Translations under genes and position numbers: made by a program
Source: Macrostomum lignano
Lineage: Eukaryota
Reading direction: 5' to 3'
Assembly (NCBI GenBank): GCA_002269645.1
Contig: NIVC01001901.1
Location: 159,564-223,563 of the forward strand
DNA length: 64,000 nt
Part shown: positions 55,201 through 64,000 of the stretch, in pieces
Layout of the letters: each line of letters begins with the position of its first letter
How positions within the stretch are numbered: the stretch's first letter is position 1
The notes under the pieces: model-generated
What the model was told of the DNA's origin: nothing
Seen by the model: only the letters and a program-made list of their open reading frames with translations
Database searches by the model: none

Positions 55201-58200
55201 ATTGTCTGCCTCCTAAACCATAGACACAATCTACCATTGTCTGCCTCCAAAACCATAGACACAATCTACCATTGTCTGACTGAAAAGCCATAGACACAAT
55301 CTACCATTGTCTGACTGCAAAGCCATAGACACAATCTACCATTGTCTGCCTCCAAAACCATAGACACAATCTACCATTGTCTGCCTCCTAAACCATAGAC
55401 ACAATCTACCATTGTCTGCCTCCAAAACCATAGACACAATCTACCATTGTCTGACTGAAAAGCCATAGACACAATCTACCATTGTCTGACTGCAAAGCCA
55501 TAGACACAATCTACCATTGTCTGCCTCCAAAACCATAGACACAATCTACTGCACACCACACCCCTACATAATCTAATCTAATTAATGCCCCTATTCGCAC
55601 CTGCAGCCACTGGGTCTGGTCGCGAGCCCGCAGGTAGGCCAGGCCCTCGAAGTAGGCGGCCTGGCCGGCACGGCAGCGGCCCAGCCCGGCGCCGCAGTCG
55701 ACCGGCTGGCCGCTGGCTGGGTCGAAGAACTCCGCCCGGCAGTCGCCGTCGCCGCAGACGTTCACCCTGCAGACGGCGTCCGGTCTGGCCGGACAGACGC
55801 TCAGGGCGCACAGCTCGGGTGGGCAAGGTCGCGGGTTCGAGCACGCAGGTCGCGAGTTGCCAGCCAGGCAGCAGCCGGAGCGAAGCGCCAGGCCGGTCCG
55901 CTGGTCGACGCACCAGCGCCGGTTGAAGCGCGGCTCCCACTGGACCGATTCGAAGGCGCCGTCGTCGGTGCAGCTTGGCAAGGTGATTGGGTTCATTAAA
56001 ATAGTCTAAATTTTATTGATAATTTGCTAAAGATACTACTCTCGTGTTTTTAGCAGACAATATCTTTAGTTTTAGGGCTGTCTATCTAGCCTGCAGATGC
56101 ATAAAACAACTGGACTGTCCTCTCAGCACATTCGTGTGCAAGCTACTTTTAGTAGAAAAACGCTAAATTGAAGCATTTTTATTTCGTTTATTGGATCTCT
56201 CGTAGCTTAGCTGCCACATCCCCCACTGGTCCTACTGGTGCTGGCGCCCCTGGTGCTGGCGCCCCTGGTGCTGGCGCCCCTGGTGCTGGCGCCCCTGGTG
56301 CTGGCGCCCCTGGTGCTGGCGCCCCTGGTGCTGGCGCCCCTTGTGCACCCCTCTCTCAAATGAAACAGCGATCCATACCCTATGAAAGATGCTCGCGCGG
56401 TTCCTTCGCGCGTTACTAAGTCGCCAATGGCATTGGCGTCACGCATTGCTTGAGTTGAACTAAATTGTTACCAAGCGGATAGTTTCTACTCACTTGGGCA
56501 AGTAGATTCTCGGCACCTGTCCAGTGGACAAAATGCTCTGATATTGGCGTCGTTGCCTGAAGCAGCCTGTAAATGAATGGTTCGTTTCTTGATTGGTTGA
56601 AAAGTTGATTGTTGTAAGCGAATCTTTCTAGAAAAGGCCGTCGGTTGTCAAAACCTACGCTGCTTCAGCAGAACGCAGCTGCCGCTGCAGCACCTGCTGG
56701 CTAGACTATCGTAACCCTTGCAGTCCGAGTTCGCTGAGCAGCTGCCGACAATGTCTACCGCTTTGCTGCCAGACCTGCTCATGCGGCACAGGTGCACCTG
56801 CGGCTGCTGCAATGCGGAATCAGGTTCAGGTGTCAGACTGAGGAGCAGAGTGAGAGGTGTCAGACTGAGGACCAGAGTGAGAGGTGTCAGACTGAGGACC
56901 AGAGTGAGAGGTGTCAGACTGAGGAGCAGAGTGAGAGGTGTCAGACTGAGGACCAGAGTGAGAGGTGTCAGACTGAGGACCAGAGAGGTGTCAGACTGAG
57001 GACCAGAGAGATGTCAGACTGAGGACAAGAGAGGTGTCAGACTGAGGACCAGAGAGGTGTCAGACTGAGGACCAGAGAGGTGTCAGACTGAGGACCAGAG
57101 AGGTGTCAGACTGAGGACCAGAGAGGTGTCAGACTGAGGACCAGAGAGGTGTCAGACTGAGGACTAGAGAGGTGTCAGACTGAAAACCAGAAGGAGAGGT
57201 GTCAGGCTGAGGCCAGAGTGAGAGGTGTCAGACTGAGGCCAGAGTGAGAGGTGTCAGACTGAAGACCAGAGAGGTGTCAGACTGAGGAGCAGAGAGATGT
57301 CAGACTGAGGACCAGAGAGGTGTCAGACTGAGGACCAGAGAGGTGTCAGACTGAGGACCAGAGAGGTGTCAGACTGAGGACCAGAGAGGTGTCAGGCTGA
57401 GGCCAGAGAGGTGTCAGACTGAAAACCAGAAGGAGAGGTGTCAGGCTGAGGCCAGAGTGAGGTGTCAGGCTGAGGACCACAGGGATAGGTGTCAGACTGA
57501 GGTCAGAGTGAGAGGTGTCAGACTGAGGTCAGAGTGAGAGGTGTCAGACTGAGGTCAGAGTGAGAGGTGTCAGACTGAGGTCAGAGTGAGAGGTGTCAGA
57601 CTGAGAGGTTTCAGACAATATTACGGACCAGCGGCTCACCGGGAGCTGTGGCGGCTCGCAGCAGATGCCCTCCGCTAGACAGTCGTATCCGTGCGGGCAG
57701 CTGAAATCCAGGCTGTCATTTTCGCAGCGCCTGCCGGCCCACTGCAGCTGCGGCTGCGAGCGGCAGCGCGCCTGCGGGCTGTTCAGCGGAATGCGGCCGT
57801 CTGGGCAGCGGAGCGCGGAGGGCACCGCGTTCGCGTCGGACGGTACGATCGTGGCCGCTTCGGGGTTGGCGACTGTGAGAGAGAAACGATGCAGGAAATT
57901 AGTGGAGAGTGACTGGGGTGAGAGTGACTGGGGTGAGAGTGACTGAATGGTGAGTGACTCAGGGGAGAGTGACTGGGGGGGAGACTGACTGGGGGGAGAG
58001 TGACTGAGCGGGAAGAGTGACTGAGGGGGAGTGACTGAGGGGAGACTGACTGACGGGGAGAGTGACTGACGGGGAGACTGACTGGGGGAGAGTGACTGAG
58101 CGGGAAGAGTGACTGAGGGGGAGTGACTGAGGGGAGACTGACTGTTGGGGAGAGTGACTGAGGGGAGACTGACTGAGCGGGAAGAGTGACTGAGCGGGAA

Positions 58201-60142
58201 GAGTGACTGAGGGGGAGTGACTGAGGGGGAGAGTGACTGAGGGGGAGAGTGACTGACGGGGAGAGTGACTGACGGGGAGAATGACTGACGGGGAGAGTGA
58301 CTGAGGGGGAGAGTGACTGACGGGGAGAGTGACTGACGGGGGAGACTGACTGAGGGGGAGAGTGACTGACGGGAGAGTGACTGAGGGGAGAGTGACTGAG
58401 AGGGAGAGTGACTGAGGGGGGAGTGACTGAGCTGAGAGAGTGGCTGAGGGGGAGACTGACTGAGGGGGAGAGTGACTGAGCTGAGAGAGTGGCTGAGGGG
58501 AGAGTGACTGAGAGGGAGAGTGACTGAGGGGGAGAGTGACTGACGGGGGAGAGTGACTGACGGGGAGAGTGACTGACGGGGAGAGTGACTGACGGGAGAG
58601 TGACTGAGGGGGAGAGTGACTGACGGGGAGAGTGACTGACGGGGAGAGTGACTGAGGGGAGACTGACTGAGGGGGAGAGTGACTGACGGGGAGAGTGACT
58701 GACGGGAGAGTGACTGAGGGGGAGACTGACTGAGGGGAGAGTGACTGAGCTGAGAGAGTGGCTGAGGGGAGAGTGACTGAGAGGGAGAGTGACTGAGGGG
58801 AGAGTGACTGACGGGGGAGAGTGACTGACGGGGAGAGTGACTGAGGGGGAGAGTGACTGAGAGGGAGAGTGACTGACGGGGGAGACTGACTGAGGGGGAG
58901 AGTGACTGACGGGGAGAGTGACTGAGGGGGAGAGTGACTGAGAGGGAGAGTGACTGAGGGGGGGAGTGACTGAGCTGAGAGAGTGGCTGAGGGGGAGACT
59001 GACTGAGGGGGAGAGTGACTGAGCTGAGAGAGTGGCTGAGGGGGAGAGTGACTGAGAGGGAGAGTGACTGAGGGGGAGAGTGACTGACGGGGAGAGTGAC
59101 TGACGGGGAGAGTGACTGACGGGGAGAGTGACTGACGGGGAGAGTGACTGAGGGGGAGAGTGACTGACGGGGAGAGTGACTGACGGGGAGAGTGACTGAG
59201 GGGGAGACTGACTGAGGGGGAGAGTGACTGACGGGGAGAGTGATTGACGGGGAGAGTGACTGAGGGGGAGACTGACTGAGGGGGAGAGTGACTGACGGGG
59301 AGAGTGACTGAGGGGGAGAGTGACTGAGAGGGAGAGTGACTGACGGGGAGAGTGACTGAGGGGGGGAGTGACTGACGGGAGAGTGACTGAGGGGGAGAGT
59401 GACTGAGAGGGAGAGTGACTGACGGGGGAGACTGACTGAGGGGGAGAGTGACTGACGGGGAGAGTGACTGAGGGGGAGAGTGACTGAGAGGGAGAGTGAC
59501 TGAGGGGGGGAGTGACTGAGCTGAGAGAGTGGCTGAGGGGGAGACTGACTGAGGGGGAGAGTGACTGAGCTGAGAGAGTGGCTGAGGGGGAGAGTGACTG
59601 AGAGGGAGAGTGACTGACGGGGAGAATGACTGACGGGGAGAGTGACTGAGGGGGAGACTGACTGAGGGGGAGAGTGACTGACGGGAGAGTGACTGAGGGG
59701 GAGAGTGACTGAGAGGGAGAGTGACTGACGGGGAGAGTGACTGAGGGGGGAGTGACTGACGGGGAGAGTGACTGAGGGGGAGACTGACTGAGGGGGAGAG
59801 TGACTGAGCTGAGAGAGTGGCTGAGGGGGAGAGTGACTGAGAGGGAGAGTGACTGAGGGGGAGAGTGACTGACGGGGGAGAGTGACTGACGGGGAGAGTG
59901 ACTGACGGGGAGAGTGACTGACGGGGAGAGTGACTGAGGGGGAGAGTGACTGACGGGGAGAGTGACTGAGTTGGAAACTGACTGATGATGCCAGACTTGG
60001 TTATCACCAGTCTTTCACTTAATTACTATAACTACAACACTCAAACAGCTGCACTAAACCTACCGAACATCATTGCGACCAAGCAAACGCAGATCATGAG
60101 CAGGTATCCTGTAGTAACCTTGGAAATTCGACCGTTTGTCAT
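49079..60142 (-). CDS. 12-exon type I membrane protein, about 1116 aa (signal peptide, Cys-rich, thyroglobulin-1 x3, WAP, Kunitz-like x2, mucin, SEA-like, TM, Tyr tail)
   Basis: Phase-consistent exons: 60142-60064, 57872-57640, 56806-56659, 56566-56494, 55973-55601, 54951-54814, 54540-54026, 53892-52784, 52520-52424, 51873-51711, 50601-50377, 49276-49079. Total 3351 nt. All introns are GT-AG; a few sites have nearby alternatives. Confidence 0.8.
49478..50244. repeat. 33-bp intronic minisatellite, about 23 copies
   Basis: Unit CTCTAACCCCGCATCCTTTGATTGAGGGAGGGC. Confidence 0.95.
50377..50601 (-). CDS. Membrane protein exon 11: juxtamembrane region and TM helix
   Basis: VVGIVVGVLITVAVVAVAAVLIT; donor ACG|GTGAGT. 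An alternative upstream acceptor is possible. Confidence 0.8.
50915..51458. mobile_element. 544-bp intronic palindromic MITE-like element
   Basis: GTATCGCTTTTGACGATCTAAA is inverted at 51436-58, with two further nested inverted arms (AAAACGGGACGCCATTGACATTC; ATGGGAAAAAGCCGTTCAAAACGGGAAT). Confidence 0.7.
51711..52520 (-). CDS. Membrane protein exons 9-10 (52520-52424, 51873-51711): SEA-like region
   Basis: The join gives LSVTITYGADY...MQRIVAKRFAYEGNLQAHHIRLVDLEPGSILV; GSxxV is typical of SEA modules (inference). Confidence 0.65.
52784..53892 (-). CDS. Membrane protein exon 8: Cys modules, Kunitz-like remnant, Thr/Ser/Pro mucin (STAPP x8), thyroglobulin-1
   Basis: QCNQTHCFCVVSDNG thyroglobulin-1 signature; FRYSPSTGRC...GCLSAC; donor TGTC|GTAAGT. 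Confidence 0.88.
54026..54540 (-). CDS. Membrane protein exon 7: WAP, Kunitz and thyroglobulin-1 domains
   Basis: CP...C...C...GC...CCNSGCGLEC (WAP); WGYDVAKKVCRPFWYAGSGGNNNRY (Kunitz); WCVDRNG (thyroglobulin-1). Confidence 0.88.
54814..57872 (-). CDS. Membrane protein exons 2-6 (Lustrin/WR1-like Cys repeat, Cys-rich, thyroglobulin-1 split over exons 4-5)
   Basis: CPDGRIPL...CPHGYDCLAEGICC; RCFRQR...YLPN|CTDDGAF...WCVDQRTG is restored by a phase-2 splice. Confidence 0.8.
55008..55549. repeat. 35-bp intronic minisatellite, about 15 copies
   Basis: Unit CCATAGACACAATCTACCATTGTCTGCCTCCAAAA. Confidence 0.95.
56238..56340. repeat. 15-bp repeat CCTGGTGCTGGCGCC, about 7 copies (intronic)
   Basis: Direct reading of the tandem units. 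Confidence 0.9.
56825..57605. repeat. 20-22-bp intronic minisatellite GAGAGGTGTCAGACTGAGGACCA
   Basis: Tandem units with variants. Confidence 0.95.
57900..59975. repeat. About 2-kb GAGAGTGACTGA(C/G)GGGG compound repeat in intron 1 of the membrane-protein gene
   Basis: 13-16-bp variants in tandem; source of the spurious 682-aa SP-rich ORF. Confidence 0.95.
60064..60142 (-). CDS. Membrane protein exon 1: signal peptide
   Basis: MTNGRISKVTTGYLLMICVCLVAMMF with phase-1 donor TTCG|GTAGGT. Joins phase-1 exon 2 to give ...MMFVANPEAA (A-x-A). Too short for the ORF track. Confidence 0.7.
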
Positions 60143-60479
60143 AGTGACCTCGTTCAACAAGGCTTATGATAATAATGTATAGTTAGCAGGCACTTATGGG
60201 CCTGCTCAGCCTACCGAAAATAAACGGCAGTTGCTGTGCCGCGCCCTCCTATTTACGCTGCTGCTGGATGCTGGAGATGAGGGCGACTGCAGGCCTATCA
60301 AACTAGTCTTAGACTTGCTCTAGTCTACGACGCTCGTATAAAGTTGTTGGTTTAAGCTAGATACGCAAGTACTTGGCAGCGCGCGTGCCCACAACAGCTT
60401 GCTTTATGACGACTCAAGGTCTTTCAGTGTTTTTTTTAGAACAATGCTGTTGGGAGGGCGAGACCAGCATGGAGACAGT

Positions 60480-60510
60480 GAGACAGGAGAGAGAGAGAGA
60501 GAGAGAGAAA
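60480..60510. repeat. (GA)n microsatellite
   Basis: GAGAGAGA run. Confidence 0.8.
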
Positions 60511-63396
60511 GGTATTGCGCTGAGTTAATCACATCTGAGGCTTTGAGTATCTGTGCGGTGGGGGCCGTGAGAAGCACCCAAACCCAAATCCAGTGATATA
60601 CATATGTAAGAGTTTGCAGAGAAGCTGCTGACTATAGCACGCCCATCAGCAATGCTATTTTGCATCTGTGAGGCTCATTGGGCTTCCGAACTTACGTATG
60701 AAGTTTGCATGCATTTGCTTGACCCTGGCGCACCGTACCGCATATTGCAATCCTTGCATGGCAGCCCAGCTAGGTCTGGATTCTATTATACAGTGCAAAG
60801 ATGTTGCTTGCTTGAGAGAATATTTTTGAGTCATTGAGTCATAGAGAACTTTGATTATACTCGTATTATATTAAAGTTACTCGAGGCATGTGATGTAGGC
60901 ACGTCCTGGACCCACCACTCATTTTTGCCCACCCTCCCTTCTTTACCCTGTGATTCCTGCGCCCCCGATGAGGCGATGACTCATGCTTATCGCCTACCAC
61001 TCCACGTCCTTTTTATTGTTCGAAGCTTTTTCCTGCCTGTTACGAAATCCCCTATCATATTTTTTTCTCCGCTGCGCCCCACCCTAATTTCTCGATCAAT
61101 GACAACGCGGCTGACGACGTAATCATGCAGGGTTGCTATGTAACCGAGGTCAAGGACAAGTCACGGCCTTCAATATCACGCATTCACGCATCATGCTCAC
61201 GTGATCTCAAGGCTATAAATAATTAAGAGACTGTTTTGAGCCCGGAGCGGCAACCGTTTCCTTCCCCTTCACTTTCCGTTTCTTTAGGGACCATTCGGAG
61301 CTGTAACAACCGTTCGGAACCCCTTCTCCTTTTCGGTGCTGGGCTGTAACTTCCCTTGGCTTTTCCCTCGTCTGGATCGATCGTCCCGTGATTGCAGCCG
61401 ACATCGTGACTATCCGACGACCACCGCGCCAAGCAGCCCTTCCCGTCGGTCGCGTCTATAAGCCATAATTAAGGTATTTCTTTCTCTGTTGCGCTGCCCT
61501 TGGGTATCACCCCATTGCTCATCATCTCCTATTTTTTAATCTTAACTTTAATTCCGTTTTAAAAATTAACTGAGCGGTTAAGGTTAAGTTTAGGGCCAGT
61601 ATAGTTCAGGGCATTAGCTATTTAACTCGTTTTGCTTCTGTCTGTTTTCTGATTTACTATGAGATGCGATATGAGATGTGAGTAGAGAGTGCACCTGTCG
61701 CAGGGCATGCAATAGAAGCTGAGGATCAGAGAGAAGATCGCAGAGTATAAGCCGAATCCAACCAAATAATTATAGCAGAAACAATACCTCTAAATAAGTC
61801 CCGGTAAGATGTGCATCACGAGAGAGCTCTGGTCCTGCACCTCCCATCCCCTGCCACATCGAACGATCCAGGAGGAAAGAAATTTAAATGGCGTTACCTA
61901 CTATGCATCCTTGGGATCCTGGGGCTTAGGAGGGAATTGTAGTCTAAAATCGCTCACCAGCTAAAATATCCCCCTATGCAAAACTCCTCGTTTCCAGCAC
62001 TGACTAGACTGTCCTTATGCCTCCCATAGAGTCCCTTAACCGCCAATTTCTAGTACAGTTGGGGTCAAGAACCTTCGTCTGTGACAGACTGGGAATACCG
62101 TCTCCTTAGTGGGAGATTTTACCGGGTGTACTCCTGCACAGGTGACTGTGGTGGCGCGCCTCTGATGTATTATACATTGAAAAACTCGGGCCCGCCGTCT
62201 AAATGGGATCTTGGCCGCAACGTCAGCTACCGCACCATCCAGAGGCGGACAGTCTACTAGAGGACGAGGCCTCGTGGCTGTACCTTTCAGCGCCAGAGCC
62301 CAGGGGTTTGCACAGGTGTGTTCATGCTGCCGCGGTTACGTCAAGATGTAAAATTAAAGGCATATAAAATATGGCAATCCCCACAAATGCAGTGGCGCCC
62401 CCTGGCTGCGCCTGTCTATTGCGTCATATTTTATTATACCAAATTCATAAAACGCGCCTAATGCACTGAAAACTGTTTTAGTTAAGAGCAAGATTCTGAA
62501 TCGTACGCTCGTATAATGTACGTGAGCAGTCCGGTAGACCCAGGGAATAAATTTATTAAACAAAGAATGCAACCAGAGACGTGACAACCCATAAGGCTAC
62601 AATGTATAGGACCATGTATGAGAACTCGCAAGTGCAGAGCTAGCGAAGTAATTTAATATGCGATACAATTATGTGAAACTACTGTATGTGAATATAGGGC
62701 CTTTCACATATACGGAAATTTCCATGATATTTGTCGCCCTCTCTTGTTCGCGGCTTGGGCTGTATAGTCGAAGAGCTCTCCTAACGAACAACTTAATTAA
62801 AAAACCTAATCAACAACGCATTGAATTATTCGAGTCTGAACCGTCTGACCCGACCCCTGAGTACGCAGACGCTCACACGGGGTGTACAGCGGTTCTGAGT
62901 TCATCGTAGGTCACTCTGCCAATTCTTCGGTAAATTTCAGTGCAAAACGCCTCAAATTAATATGGCAGATGCAGAATCGAATTATGGGACTTCCTGGTTT
63001 TTGTGTCCTTGCATAACATAACAACGTTAATTTTGGCATCCTGAACTTGGATCCCGGATGTCGAATTGGCAGCCAGCTGTTTTATTAAGCTAGATAATAC
63101 TATTAGTAGTTTCCATATTTCTGTATTTCATAGAGTTGATTTGAAGTATCAATAATTCTAAATTATTGACATTCTATGTCCAGTTAGAGTAATCTGTAAA
63201 TAAGGTGGCTTAACAGTGTAAAAGGGTAGGGTAGACATGCTGGTACTGGTATTTTATTTGATTTTGAACTCTCTTGCTAATATCAGCTGGCATCCTGGTT
63301 TTGGACCCAGGATGTCAAATGGCGCGGCGATTCTGACGCTTAAAATAACCCAGATTTCACGCAAGAGTTACCTTGGCATTCTCACTGTTAGGATAA

Positions 63397-63650
63397 GGGG
63401 TTGTAGCCTAGTGGTCAGAGCGTCTGACTCACGACTTGAAGAAGGTCGGGGGTTCGATTCTCGACCCACTCGGAACAATTTGTGTCCTTAAGCCAGACAC
63501 TCAACTCTGCATTGCTTCAATTCACCCAGCTGTAAAATGGGTGCCAGCATTAGCTGGGGTAATTGAGGGTGTGTGGCGACTCCCCCCCCCCCCTAGTCCT
63601 TGTACTCTGCCTTCAGATGCGCTGCGGCTGGCCCAATAGGGGCAGGTGCA
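63397..63650 (+). mobile_element. tRNA-derived SINE copy
   Basis: A box TAGCCTAGTGG (63404-14), B box GGTTCGATTC (63450-59), then GTGTCCTTAAGCCAGACACT and CACCCAGCTGTAAAATGGGT body motifs. The 3' end is approximate. Confidence 0.75.
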
Positions 63651-64000
63651 ATCAATTATCAATTAAATTGAGATAAAAACTTTATAATTTTCGTGGAAAA
63701 TAAGTAACAAATTTTATTTACTGTAAAAAGCCGTGACTACAATTTGAGTAAAAATCCAAATAAGCGATAGGAGCTAGAGATAACAAGTGCCTGCTGTTGT
63801 GCCTGAAGAATATATTGTAGTTTTTGCATCAGGGGATTTAAAATTTGAGTAGCTGATAACAGCGGCTATAACAATGCGAAGCAGTGTGTGAACTTACGGA
63901 TTGAGTATACACACAAATCAGGGAAAACTGTGACTAAGTTTCGTTTGAATGTACAAACAATGCTACTTAAACTAGGCTTTAACAGTAGTAGTAAGCAATG

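Noticed and set aside
57959-60007. 682-aa Ser/Pro-rich ORF, and similar repeat ORFs at 2.6-3.1, 7.5-9.9, 10.4-11.3, 49.5-50.1 and 56.2-57.0 kb
   Set aside because: They are stop-free translations of intronic minisatellites, often open in several frames, with no splice or domain support.
60889-61510. Possible solo LTR or promoter (TG start, TATAAA at about 61214)
   Set aside because: No clear TG...CA inverted ends, TSD or second copy were found. It could be the membrane-protein upstream region but cannot be supported.
63397-63470. tRNA gene
   Set aside because: It has A and B boxes but no convincing acceptor stem or cloverleaf, and it continues into SINE-like body sequence.

Overview
This is a eukaryotic (invertebrate animal) window with GC-rich exons and repeat-filled introns. 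The style resembles the flatworm Macrostomum, but that is inference and was not verified. I assembled three spliced genes by hand from GT/AG sites and reading-frame phase: (1) a TRH-receptor-like class A GPCR on the minus strand (3 exons, about 403 aa), including a last exon absent from the ORF track; (2) TMCO1 on the plus strand (2 coding exons, 186 aa); (3) a 12-exon type I membrane protein of about 1116 aa on the minus strand, with signal peptide, Cys-rich, thyroglobulin-1, WAP, Kunitz-like, mucin and SEA-like regions, a TM helix and a Tyr-motif tail. About 25 kb of the window is a near-perfectly homogeneous 121-bp satellite (about 205 copies). It starts about 0.8 kb upstream of the GPCR ATG, adjoins a related 40-bp minisatellite, and is split by a 3.25-kb non-autonomous CCC...GGG (CMC/EnSpm-like) DNA transposon with a 2-bp TSD. 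Also present: a frameshifted hAT transposase in the GPCR intron, four MITE-like elements, a Gypsy RT relic, a tRNA-derived SINE and many minisatellites. No CRISPR array or rRNA was seen. All coordinates were read manually; repeat edges are approximate.
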